A stretch of DNA of 64,000 nt from Gnetum montanum. Its lineage: Eukaryota > Plantae > Gnetophyta. The notes beneath the pieces are model-generated. The model was not told the origin of the DNA and did no database searches. It saw nothing but the letters and a program-made list of their open reading frames with translations. Position 1 is the first letter of the stretch; every line of letters starts with the position of its first letter. Of the stretch, positions 40,540 through 52,984 are shown in pieces. Both the position numbers and the translations under genes were made by a program. The stretch lies in contig MNCI01001360.1 of assembly GCA_015680685.1 (NCBI GenBank), forward strand, positions 202,240 through 266,239, given 5' to 3'.

Positions 40540-42780
40540 GCCAAGGCTTGGACGAAATCTAAAGGTCACCTTGATCGACACCTACCTAAAATAAATCTCT
40601 TCTAAGGAGGTCCAAAGTGTCATTCTTCAGGAACTCAACTTTGGCCCATTCTTGGACCTAGCACGAGAGGAGGTTAAGACACAACTGCAAGGATCTCTCA
40701 TGTGGTCCATCCTCACTTCTAGTGGGGAGTGGTACATGAGAGAGACTTATCTCTTTTGGAACAACTAACAGGTGGATGCAACCATGAAAATCAAGGACAT
40801 CAACATGTCCTATTCGGTTGAGGCCATTACAAAGGCCCTCAAGTTGCCTAACACCTAGGCAACCATGGCAAAGATTCCTATATAAGCGGACCCTCAAGTT
40901 GCCTAACACTTGGGCAACCATGGCAAAGATTCCTATATAAGCGGACCCCAACATCAAAAAGGAATGGGTCCAACGTTGCTATGGAGTGAACCATAAGGAG
41001 TACGGTGCACTCACCAAGGCAAAGAGGACCTACTTCAAGATTGCAGCCTATCACCTAAACCCAACGACAATGCCAAGGAAGGTCACTGCCTTCTCTACCC
41101 ATGCATGTGTCACTCTAAGCGAAAAATTCCCTGTCAACCTCCCCCAACTTATCTTCTTTGAAAAAGAAAATGAGCAAGGGAGGAAGACACTCCCCTTTCC
41201 ATGCCTAATCAAAAAACTCTGCAAAAAGGAAGGAATAGCCCATTATGCAAAAGACATGCTTCGTCATGCTCCTGCTACATCTTGGTAGGAGATGATGAAA
41301 GACAAGGTGCCTACCAAGCTACTTGAAAAGTAGCAACCACCACCACCACCTACTGGAGAGACAACGCCAAAGGCTCGTGCAACAATGGAGCACATGAGGA
41401 AGCTTCGTGAGCAACCTTTGCAGCAGCAACAAGGAGAACCAAAGTGGTGGAGAGCCATCAATCTACTAGCCAGCATTAAGCCACCTCAAAGAGGTAACCC
41501 AAACAATCAATTGGCTAGAAGAGACTACGTCGTTGTTTTCGACACAATGGATGCAAGTGCCCGCAAGAACAAATTCGAGCACCCAAGAAGTGACAATGTC
41601 CATCCCTAGACAACAAAAATTCCTAGAGATCTCTAAGAATACTGCTACTTTCTTGATGCGCTTGGAAGAAGGCAAGGGGACAACTATCTTGGTGATGCAA
41701 CACCATGGACAAGAAATAGTGGTAGAGGTGGTGGCCAATCAAGTAGCAAAGGCTCTAAACGCTCCTGTGGCAACTATGCCAAACATTGCTGCACTCAAAG
41801 ACATGCAGGCGTCTACAGGAGCAGGGAGCGGTGAGTGGGAGGCTAAGCATAGCCCAACGTGAGGAAGTGTTGGACCAACTGGTGGGAACCAGGCAACCAC
41901 TTTCGAAAATCTTCGATCTTCTAGAAAAAATCACAGCTACCCAGTCGAGGCTACTAGAGACCAAGGGCAAGCTCATCATTGCAAACACCCAACGTGAGGC
42001 AACCACAACCAAAATCCAACAATAGACTACTGAAGTTGTGGAACTAAGAGCCTGCTTGGCCAATCTTGCCATTTTCAACCAAGCCATTATACAAGATGAA
42101 GCTTTCTTATAGCTTCAAAACAAATTAAAAGAGGCTAAGAATGAGATGGAGATGGCGGTCTTTGATGCATCCTTATTGGAGGCTCTTGCCTTTAACACCG
42201 ATAAGGACTTGTCGCAAGTCCACAAGGAGAACCTAACTCTAACCACAGACATCCACCACCTACGTAATGTTGATGAGCAAAAAGATCAAATGGTCAAATT
42301 TGTGAGACAACAGCAAGAGCAACTTGCTAAGGTGAACATGGATTTGAGGAAGCTGGCAATAGAGAACCATAGTCTCTCAATGAAGGAAGTCCGTGCACTT
42401 CGCTAGAAAATAGCCATTGAGGTAGCCACCTAAAAGAATGAGGCCTTGAAATTTGAACAAGCAAAAAATCATTATAGGGACAAAGTTGGGCTCCTCAAGG
42501 AGGTAAACAAGAAAGAGATTCAATTAGCCAAGGTGAAGATAAACGAGGCCCTCCAACAAAGGGGTGATGTATAGCAACCAATCTTTGATAGATTGAATAC
42601 CTACAACAAAGCTGAGATCCACCTAAAGGATTTGCAAATTGAGGAGATGATAAAGTACATGGAGCTTGCCAACCTCCGTTGCAATAGAATAGCCACAACC
42701 ACTGCCTTAGCCTCAACCACCACTGCCACAAGTGCAGGAGGCTAGAGAAGGTCCTTTAGCACCCTAGGAGCCTCCACCTC
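40540..42780 (+). pseudogene. Athila-type extra ('env-like') ORF: Transposase_32/plant transposon protein-like domain plus long coiled coil
   Basis: MWSILT...YLFWNN...SYSVEAITKALKLP, HLNPTTMPRKVT...FPVNLPQLIF...LPFPCLIKKLC, then heptad-rich segments at 41850-42650. A 55-bp tandem duplication at 40836-40948 breaks the frame. Confidence 0.75.
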
Positions 42781-45516
42781 CAAGCACTATTTGATCTCCT
42801 CTTCATCTTCAGCGACTAAAGGATTCCAATTGTCCATTTTTGTAAGGGTGTTCAATTTTGTTATCTTGAACACCCATTTTTCTAATTATTGTAATTTCGT
42901 ACAATCAAGCACTTATATTCAATCAATAGAGTTAGTCATTCCATGATTTCATACCTTCTCAATTTTGTAAGAAGCTCAATCCTACTTTTGTTCACTCACA
43001 AATGAGTTTTCATTCAATCATGGGGGTATGATAAATCACTCAATGGGCCGTGTCAATGGGCATGTGTCAACGCAGCTCCATCAACATAACCCCATTAACA
43101 CATCCCCTTTGACACATGGTTAGATGCATCGACACAGATGCGTCGACACAATGTCTATCTTTACCTATATAAATGTGCATACCCACCACATTTATGGCAC
43201 GTTAAGTCCATAGCATAGCGAAGATCTTGCAATTTCTTAGCCTAGAGCTAGAATATTTTGAGTGCCCACAGTAGGATCGCAAGGATTGTACAATTCTTTA
43301 TTCCAGCATCTTGTACTTGAACACATTGATGTGACCAGCAATAAAGACAAGATCCTTGTCATTTCTTGCAGTACTTGGAATCGATTAATGTTTCCTTTTG
43401 TGCATTTATTTACTTATGCATTTTTACATTAATGTCTTTGATTAATTAATACAATTAATAACAAATGCATAAGTACGACCACTTCAAACATATCAGTTAA
43501 CACTTGGTAATCCCAGTAGTGGCTATTTGGTACGCCCAGTAATAGGCACTTGGTAACCCTGTAGTGTTAAGGCAAGTTCAAGATGTGAACGGAAAGTGGG
43601 CTTGGATGCTTATGTTAGGATAGTTAGATTAGGACACTAGATAGTTAAATAGTTAATCATTAATTAATTCTCTTTATTCCATGCTTAGACTAAATAAAAT
43701 AAAATACAAAATCAATAAAAATCCTGTGTCTTGGCTTACACTTAACCATGGAATTCAATTGGACTGCTAGTGCAACACTTGTGATTTGTATGGTTGAATG
43801 TAGGGACTACTCGTTGCTCATCATCCACTATTGTTGATAGTGAGATTGGTAACTTGAATTCTTCATTGATGCTTCCTAGTTGTAAGGAGATTGTGAGGGT
43901 GAATGCTATTTGTGATGATGAAATTTTCTTTGATGCTGAAGAGAATGCATTTGATATGGATGCTATTACTGATTGTGTGGAGTCTCATATGAATGAGAAA
44001 AAGTTTGTTTGTGCTACTATTCAATCTTGGGTGTTGATGGCAATAGTTTATTGGTTAATGCTTTTGGATACTTATGTAAGTGCTAGGCTGAAATTTGTAT
44101 CAGCAAAGGGATGCTAGAAGAATAAGGAAGATCAGTTGGCAGCAAATGGAAAATTGTCATTGGTATTTGGGCATTGGGCAAGGACGCCTACTCCATGGTT
44201 AATGCTAACAATTATTTTTCTAGAGTCTTGTGCCACCTTTGTGCAGGTTTGAGTCATCATGGGCATGCAGGGGAAGCATTCCAAAAGATATGCTAAAATG
44301 AAGAAAGCATGGTGGGGCATGAGGACAAGCCTCCATGACCAAGGAAAGCTCAAAACCAAAACCTCAAATGATACTCATGCTCATGTTTCTACTGCATTGA
44401 GTCTTGATTGTTGTGCTAAGTGTGATGGCCTTGACTCATGGGGGCATGTTGCCTTCCAGCTTTTGAAAGGTCATTAAGTATCACATTTTTAAGGGTGGGA
44501 GATGATGAGAACATCACCCAACCCTTGTGTAATCCTCAATGTATTTTGTATGTGTGTGAGTCTTTTTTGAGTGTCTTCTTGTGTTGACCTTATTGATGAT
44601 GATTTCAGGGTGTTTTGGCATTTTTCAAGGGTGTTTTGAGCGTATTTTGATGAGTTTAGGGGGTTCCGGGGTCCATGGGGACTTGTTTGGAGGTGTCCAG
44701 AGGTTCTAGACCTCAAAACAAACATCTTTGTTTTTGGCCCTAGGAGGTGAGACGTCTCCACCTAAGACAAGACATCTCCCCTAGCTGCAAGACGTCTCCT
44801 TTGAGATTTGGCTGTTTCAGTTGAGACATCTCCTATTCCTCCAAAAAGTCTCATACAGGTTTCAACGAACATCAAATTGAATTGTAAATTGGAGTGAAGA
44901 CGAAAAGTCACACCAAGAAACTATAAATAAGAGTCCAATGCCTAAGTTTGGGTAAGAGTGAGAGAAGAGAGATTTGAGAGGTCTTTTGAGAGCTTGTGCA
45001 AGAGGGTTTGAGTGAGAGCCAAGGGAGTCCACTATGAGTGATTAAGAATCAAGAGGAGGCATGTGTGGGCTCTAAGATCCTTGGGAGAGTTGTGAGTTGA
45101 GCTTGGCTCCTCATCTTTGATGTATTCCTCTACATTTTGGGAGTTTTCTTAATAAAAGGGAGATTATCTCCATTTCATTGTGTTGATCTTGTTTTCTATG
45201 CTGAATTTGCTTAGGAAGCTTGTGTAATGGATCCTTTTGGGGTTTATTGAGGTAGGCTATTCATCAATTTGACACCATGTCTTTAAATTTCAAGAGGACA
45301 AACCCATACCTTGTAACTATAATCATTGTAATGAGAACTAACAAGAGGAGGGGTAATAGGATCCACAACATTAAAATAAATCAAATATAAACCGTCACCT
45401 CTTTGATGATATTCAACAGATTATTAACCCTCCATGATCTGCCTACTTCACAATCCTTGCAGAAATCCAAACTAAGATAAGAAGATAACAGACTAAACGT
45501 ATGAGTTTGAAGTCCC

Positions 45517-45672
45517 ATTAATGCTAACTGTTCAACATGCCCTAAAGTCCAGTGCCATTAATTTTGCTGCTTTAATGTTAACTGTTCAACATGCCACAAA
45601 CACCAATACCATCAAAATATTTTGCCCCTTTAATGTTAACTGTTCAACATGCCCCAAACTCCAATGCCACAA
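45517..45672 (+). repeat. Degenerate tandem repeat x3 (~55 bp)
   Basis: Core TTAATGYTAACTGTTCAACATGCC occurs three times. Confidence 0.85.
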
Positions 45673-47122
45673 GTTTAAATGGCCTGCAACACCAACAGCT
45701 TTGCTAGGTCCATAAGGACACAATCCAAAGTATGCAATACACAATATGGTAAGTGAAAGCTAAATCAACCATACCATACAGCCAATATGATGAGTTAAAA
45801 CTAAATCAACTTGTACTGCACAACTAAGTTGTGCAAAGTGAGGCAGAGCATCTGCATTGAAATGAATCGAAGCTTCTTAAAATTTGAGAGACCATGATTG
45901 CAACCACAACAATCATGAGGATCTCCTAGGCAAGTCAAATCTTTTGCTGATCCTAGATATTCTAGTTCACTCTGCTTTCGCCAGCCCCTTAACAACAGCT
46001 TGCAAAATGTATATGGAACCTTTCTTATTTCCACTTAAAAAGTGTCCTTTCTGCCTTGTGGACTTTCCAAGCTCCTCTAGAAAAGTAGCAATCAAATTAC
46101 CACACTTTAGTGATATTTCTTGTAAGCCCAAAACATGTTCCTCACATTTCTTACTATCACCTTTTGCCCATTCTGCTGGTTCAGTAGACCTCTATCACTT
46201 AAAACAAAACACCTTTTAAAATGAAATTCTTCCTGCCTAATTGATCTAAATTCTTGACAATAACAAGTTGGGATATTTTTTTGGAATCCTTTAAGACCTA
46301 TTATTAAAAAAAGGTTCCTAGAGTTATTCGGTGGTATATATCTTGGCTTGCTTACAAAAAGTAATTTTTTTATTTTTGTTTATGTGTCACTCTCTGATAT
46401 TTACCATTGCCTTCCATCCCTAATCCACACTACCCAACATTGCAAACCTCATAATAAATAAAAGAATTTTTGGAAAAAGATGCAATGAAGCACCTACAAA
46501 AAACTAAATATTATCATAACTACTTTATAAAGCATTTATTTTTTAATCCAAGAAAGTAAATATCAAATCTGCTTCCCCATCCATTTGATTTACATTACAT
46601 GAAATTGTAGTTAGTCTGGTGGTTGCTTAAAAACTGCTTGTTTTTTTCTTCATTGACTTGAAAATTGTGGCAATCCTTCCTATGATAGACCTTCTTCACA
46701 CAATACTAGCAATCCAAATCTCTATAGCCAAGTTGTGCCTTATGTTACTGAAGGTTTTATAACCAACAAGGCCTCAGCCCCATTCCTCTGCATAAAATAT
46801 TCTTCATCAATGTACCTCAAAACTTCTAGGTATCTCACCCAAGCTTATTCATTGTTTGCAACCTCTCCATCTTCATTGCAAGTATATAAAAAACCATCAT
46901 GATAACCTTGACCCAAGAAATCTTTGAAAAAAAAACATTTAAAGAGAACTTTAACTTGAAAAATAAAACTTGCACAGGGAAGACCAAACAAAGCTTCTTT
47001 ACAACCTCTGAAAGCACCTAGAAATATCCTTCAAATCTAGGAGACTCTCATACTAGTCTCTTCCACAAAATTCAAAAGAAATAGGGTATAATTGTACTTT
47101 ACTAGTCCAGCTGTACCTGACC

Positions 47123-48994
47123 AATACCACTTTAAACATATTTGCCACGTCATTGTAATGCCAAGTTTAAAAAGTTAAAAAAAGGCTTCAACAGAAAGAT
47201 TAAAGTTAAAAGGCTTCAATTGAGCAGCAGATGTTTGTACCTTCTTTCTCTGCAGCAGATATTCATACCTTCTTTCGTGCTCAATTTTTCATTCCAACAT
47301 CACACTGTGCTCCTTTCTATGCATGATTTTTCATTCCAACATTGCAGCATTCCTTTTTCTCTGTATGATTTTTCATTCAGACATTGCCACGTTCTTTTTT
47401 CTCTGTATGATTTTTCACTCCAAGACCACAGTGGTTCCCTTGGTGATGTGATTGAATTGTAAGAGAATTTTACATTCAAAGCTAGATCTAGCTCCAAGAC
47501 GATATTGAAGTCTGGTAGTATATACATCGATGCATCTCTGAGATGAAAACTGAAAGACAATTCAATGGATCTCTGAGCTAAAAGCTGAAAGACAATTCCT
47601 CTTTTCTGCATTTTATGAAACTCTGATTACTATGGATTGCAGGATTACTATGGATGATATATTGGCCATCCATTAGAAAGTGATGTTTGAGTTGAGCTTC
47701 TACTGGTTGTTTAGCTTTGCTTGTACCAGTTCTTTTTTACTCAACCATTGGAGAACTAAATTGCTTATACTGTAAGTATGAAAAGCTTTGAATTCTTATT
47801 CAATGTGTGACATGATTCTTGTCATATCCAACATTTTCACCCAAAGCTCTATGTTACAACCAACATGGAGAACCTTGAAAATGAAGATATGGACAAGGAA
47901 AATATTGATCCAAACTTTGTAGCTCAACCAAGTAACGTTAATGCTGTAGCATCATGTTCTATGTCTTTAATAAATTCACTCCTATTCCATCAGAAGACAT
48001 AAGCCTTGAAAGTTTCAATTATATTTTTCCAAGAAATTGGTTTGATACCTGCACTTGCATCTATTTTGATGGTTTCAACTACGTTTGTTGTATATGCAAA
48101 ATAAAAAGAGGTTTAAGGCATAAGACATGGATGACGAAATCCCATCCCGTTTATCTTTGAGGCAGATTCTGTTTCTTGTGTATTCTTGGCGTTGGAAGCT
48201 ACCTGAAGATTTTGTTGCTTCAGATGTAGCAATAAGTTCAAAAATTTTGTAGGAATATTTGGTCTACTTCATTACAGTTAAATCGTTGAAAAATTGAAAG
48301 ACCAGGAAAAATTGGATAAGAAAGTTGAAGGTTCTTAGATATTCAAGTCATTGAAAGAGGTTCAGATAATATGTTTAAGAAGTTCCTGACTGCACAAAAG
48401 AAACAATTATAAATATTATTTTTAATCACATTGAACCTAAAAGCACAATTTATTCATGTGGGGCTGTTATCTTGAGCAGTTGAAATTTCATCGCAATATG
48501 TTAATCATTCAATTTGTTTTAAAGATCTAAGAAGTAATGTTCACACAAACACGATTGAAAGTGCATGGCAAGCCATTAAAGCTTCATTTCCAAAATATGG
48601 TACCAGAAAAGATCTTCAAGATTCTTACCTATTAGAATATATGTGGCAGAGAAGAAGATTGGAAGATGCATTTCACATATTCATTATCAAATTGGGCGGA
48701 GAATAAAGAAAAATAACATGAAAAAATAATGCAGTTTGCAACCATCTTCTACTCTGCTTTACATTATTTACTCTTTAATGTGTAATTCTGTTGTAAAAGT
48801 TCATCTTAGTTATCTGCAACTCTTCTAGAGTTCAATGCTTCTGTTCTGTAGTTTAACTGTTACCGAGTTCCTTAACTGTTCTGGAATTCACTGCTGTTTC
48901 AAGCTTAATGGTGTCTGAAGTATGTTTTTAAAAAATGTTTTGCCATTAGTGTACTGTATTTTTTATTCAAAATAGCGTTGCATAAAGTGGTACT
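47123..48994 (+). mobile_element. Decayed Merlin (ISXO2/IS1595-like DDE) DNA transposon
   Basis: N-terminal DGFNYVCCICKIKRGLRHKTWMTKSH. C-terminal VNHSICFKDLRSNVHTNTIESAWQAIK...SYLLEYMWQRR...DAF at 48500-48695. Candidate TIR core TACCACTTTA (47125) and TAAAGTGGTA (48983). TSD not seen. Confidence 0.8.
47284..47422 (+). repeat. 42-bp tandem repeat x~3.3 in the Merlin subterminal region
   Basis: ATTTTTCATTCCAACAT...TTTCTCTGTATG units repeated. Confidence 0.85.
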
Positions 48995-49345
48995 AGTAGT
49001 AATGATCGGATCCAGCGGTTTTTCATGTAACGTACAATTATCCAGGAATAACACTACAATTATCCCAGAAATAGCATGCCAAAATCATGTGGAAAGAAAT
49101 CAGCTTACAAGTACTATCAGTAAACCTCACTCTTTTTCCACATACCAAGAGCGCAAACTGAAAGCAACAAACTAACCCTGTATATCAGGAAAGATACGGT
49201 AACACAGCCTACACGGTATCGAATCTGCGAATTCCTGGGTAGGACTAAAACATAAAATCAAGCAACGCAAGCTAAACTTGAAACAGAAAGCCGACTGTAT
49301 ATTTCAGTGACGCAGTCTCTGCTTGAAGACATGAATGAAACGTAC

Positions 49346-49915
49346 CGTACACGTGGTGAATTCGAGGGATCGATATTTTAGATTTTCAAAGAAGAGACGG
49401 GAATGGAGCATAGGAGTGTAGGCTGCAGTGGCGCCATACTTTCTGCACAGCATTCTGAAAGGAAGCTCAGACTGATCCACCATGGGAGCAACAATGAACT
49501 TGGGTTCACCCAAATCCCTCCAATGTTTCCAAGCCCTTATCACACGTTCTTCCTCTGGCAGATACCCCGCTGGAAAATAACCATTTTCTTTGGCTTCTGT
49601 TGTTGCTAAGCAGCTGCTGCTTCTGCATCTTTCTTCATCCAATATTCCATTGCCATTGCCATTGCCATCGCCATTGAAGTAACCTTGTTCGCCACTTTGT
49701 GCACGAACGCTGAGTTGAGCGAGCCTTGAGCAGCAAAGAGCTTCGTCCTCCAACTCCTGCTCCATGTTAAAGGCAGCAGGGGCTGCAGCTGCTGCGCCAG
49801 GGGCAGTGAACGTGTGACAAAGCAAACAGCAGCGACGGACGAGGAAATTTAAGAAGTTTTCAGCCCTGATGGCCGGCTTGCCTTCACTCCGTAAACATAT
49901 GCTTCTTAACCTCAT
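49346..49915 (-). CDS. DUS1: tRNA-dihydrouridine synthase (DUS1-like), exon 1
   Basis: AWKHWRDLGEPKFIVAPMVDQSELPFRMLCRKYGATAAYTPMLHSRLF...EFTTCT, then a GTACGT donor at 49345. Intact frame; second in-frame ATG at 49765. Confidence 0.95.
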
Positions 49916-50599
49916 TTACCCTCCTTTCCTTTGCGCCATTGTCACGCATTGCTAACTACGTAGACTTGAAACTTTCGCGACAAAAGGGCTTAATCCGTCG
50001 CCATTACGTCATCCAAGCCTTGAATCTTCCTGCTGGAATTTGACGTTCACGTTTGCTCGTGAAAACGCGTACTGTAGTCTGATATGGACCGAAATGGTAA
50101 AACGTAGTCAGAGAGTATAAAAGCTTTGACTCCCTATACGTCGAGATATGTAGTCTAGCAGGGTTCTCTGGAGTAATTACAATAATATAATCAACTTTAT
50201 GACTTATAGTTTTTATTAACAACTTTTAAAAAATAATAATATTTTAAAAATCAAGTACATATAAACGAGAGTCTAAAAAAAAATTCAATAGTTTTAGAAT
50301 GTCTTTTCAAGTTTCTAAAAAACCTCCTCTCTAAGGTAGCAAAAAGACCTTATTCATAAGTGCTTTCACAGGATTTCACTTCTTACCAAGTGATTTCTAA
50401 TAAAGAGAAGGAGAAAACTGGATAAAAGAATACATCAATCAAAAATAAAGAACAAATAGCAACAAAAGTCAAAAGCTTCCCATTCTTAATCCTCCAAAAC
50501 AAAAAGAAATTAATACTATAGAAACCAAATTAATTGTTCAAATTTACTATGAGCTTTCTTGCCTAAGGTTGTAATTGAATAGCGAAATCTTTGATAATA

Positions 50600-50900
50600 T
50601 GGTATTGAACTCCTAAAAAGAGGTCATGGTTATTATTTTGCTAATGGAAAATAACTACACACCGAAACTTCCAAATAGAGTAAAGAATAAGGGGTTGAAA
50701 AAAATTTCAAATGCAAAGATAACAAGTAGACAAAGCAAGTTGAACATCATAAATGACTTCATTGATGCGTGGTTGAAAGTTGTTACAAATTTTGAATGTC
50801 CATTTCCAAGCATACTAAGCAACAAGACACCAAAAAAATGAGAAAATGGATCTTCACTTCTACAAAGAGGACATTGAGGAGAAATATTTTTCATATGTTT
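50600..50900 (-). mobile_element. Possible very old LINE fragment (zf-RVT region)
   Basis: Only the ISPQCPLCRSEDPFSHF motif supports this. Confidence 0.3.
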
Positions 50901-51823
50901 GAGATAAGTGTTGATAAGAAGACCTTGATGAATAAGACAACATAAAAAATATGAATTTTATGAAATATAGGTGCTCTCCAAATATTTTTTTTTCATTTTC
51001 CTCATCCAAAAGTGTAATGATAATTGCATTTTCTATGCCTTGTTGAATTTGTTATGAATAAAATCACTCTTTGTACTAATCTCGTAAGCAACTCTTAAAT
51101 TGTAAGGAAACATAGATTTGCCATCATTCTAAAAAATATTCAAAAAAATTTAGTGCAAACTATTGTCAACTTTAAATAAATTCTCAATATTAGAAATTAA
51201 TTTTTCAAAATGTTTTTTCTTCTTTCTATTCAAACCATAGAGGCTACAAGCTTCATTTTAAGCAATTTATTTATCATGCATATGTAAACAAGAAACTGCG
51301 ATAATACCAAATTTGCTCCAAGTAGTAAACAATCTAAATGCATTAGTAACCCAAGATCCTTCATTAAAAAGAAGCCCAATCTCGATTCAAGCTTGCAGTT
51401 TTATCAACAAGCTTCATTTGAGTTCACATTGCCTAAGAATTAAAAGTGGAAGCTAGATTCACACACCAAGGGAAAAGTGCACATGTCGATTATGTGGATT
51501 AAAAGCCCTTAAGAATGAGTATCATGTTTTTCTTAGTTATCTTGTAACTGATCATTTGAGGCAAAAATACGATATTATTACTAACATTTTGAATATTTAT
51601 TTTTGATGCATCTTGTGATGGTTAGCCACTTAGTTGAGTCAATTTTTGTTCTTCATGACATGAATGTACTAGTTGTCTAATAGATCCTTTGGGTCTATGG
51701 ATGTTGATAAATTAGTTTCAATATGATTGTAATTCCAATATTTACTAAGCTTGCACAATGTCTTCCAATTTTATTTAAGAATTGAAGAACAAAAAAAAAT
51801 GGCTTGAGGAAAAAGAAGATAGT

Positions 51824-52984
51824 TGATGAGACTTGATATGTCAAGTAACTTTGTTGATGCATTCCCATCAATGCAGCCTCGTTGATGCATCCTTGTCAAT
51901 GCATCTTAGATGCACTGACACATGCGTTGATGAAGCAGTGTTAATGCATTTCTAACAATGCATCTTAAATGCATTAATGCATTCCCATTGATGCATCCTC
52001 ATCAATGCATCCTCATTAATGCATCCCCGTCAATGCAACTAAATAAGTTAATGCATCTCCATCAATGCAATGCCTATATTTGCTTATAAATATATGAGCA
52101 CCTATCATATATTTGGCACCATTTGGTCAATAGTGTAGCTAGACTCTTGCAGTTTTATTTTGTAATCCTAGAGAACATTTAGTGAGTGCTCGCAATATGG
52201 ATTTGAGTCAATTGTACAACATTTTATTTGAGTGGCATTATACTTAGACACATTTCATGAATGGTAATAAGATTGAGATTGATTCCTATTCATTGCAGCA
52301 CTTTGACTTAGAATAGATTTACTTTTAATGCAATATATTTTCTATGTACTTAGTTAATATTTACATTTTCATGCACGATAATTAATTGGTGAAATAAGTG
52401 TGACTAGTTTCAAGCATAAACATGTTTCACCTAGTAATCCCAACAATATTATTGCTTGGTTTACCTAGTAGCATAACACTTGGTAATATTTGTAGTGGGT
52501 ATGTGAATTTAGGATGTGTACAACAAGCTGGGAACAAATACTTATCACCTTTAGGATAGTTTAGGATCTATATTTTTGTTATTAATTAGATTAAATAATT
52601 AATTTTCATGCTTTCATATAATTAGCCGTAGTTGCACAACATCAATAATCATATGCCTCACTTTAGACTAAACCATACATGATAAAGTTACCACCAGTCC
52701 AAGTGAGAAGATAGTGACCTACAATCAATGCTTAATAATATAGATACCACACTAGTTCCATCAATGTAATTTAATTGAATTGCACATGAACGCTTGTGAT
52801 TCATATGATTGGGTGTAGGGGATACCCACTACTCATAATTGACTTCGTTGTTAGGGATGGTGCCAATGATGTAGATTAGTTATATATAAATAATCACTGC
52901 AAAGCATTAACAATTTATATTTCTAAAAATATTAATATTTTAAGTCACACACATTATTAATTGAGAACATGCCTCATTCGCATA
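51824..52984 (+). mobile_element. Athila-like 5' LTR and leader (outermost, most decayed)
   Basis: LTR 51824-52838 ending ACTCATAA; degenerate PBS TGACTTCGTTGTTAGGG; interrupted by the next LTR. Confidence 0.8.

Larger units (their letters stand above)
28987..43823 (+). mobile_element. Athila-like Gypsy with internal deletion and an extra 3' ORF
   Basis: LTRs at 28987-29839 and 43029-43823 (TGATAAATCAC...GCTCATCA); TSD TCCAG/TCCAC; degenerate tRNA-Asp-type PBS TAGCACCATTGCTAGGG; gag at ~31050-31550; integrase at ~37514-38330 (IDFMGP, VDYCTKW). Confidence 0.92.
26259..45266 (+). mobile_element. Gypsy-derived non-autonomous LTR element (gag + protease only), host of a nested Athila-like element
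   Basis: LTRs at 26259-27082 and 44503-45266; perfect TSD ATTTG; PBS TGGTATCAAAGC at 27086; PPT AAGGGTGGGAGA. Gag LDEAYDLALKAE, knuckle CYNCGELGHK, protease VLIDDGAQENVIS. LTR and gag resemble those of the 2387-9099 element. Confidence 0.93.

Noticed and set aside
45517-47422. Short repeats with variable spacers (45517-45672, 47284-47422) as CRISPR-like arrays
   Set aside because: Eukaryotic context, the spacers resemble each other, and there are no cas genes; ordinary degenerate tandem repeats.
49304-49345. ORF-track C-terminus VRFIHVFKQRLRH of DUS1
   Set aside because: This is read-through into intron 1 past the GT donor.
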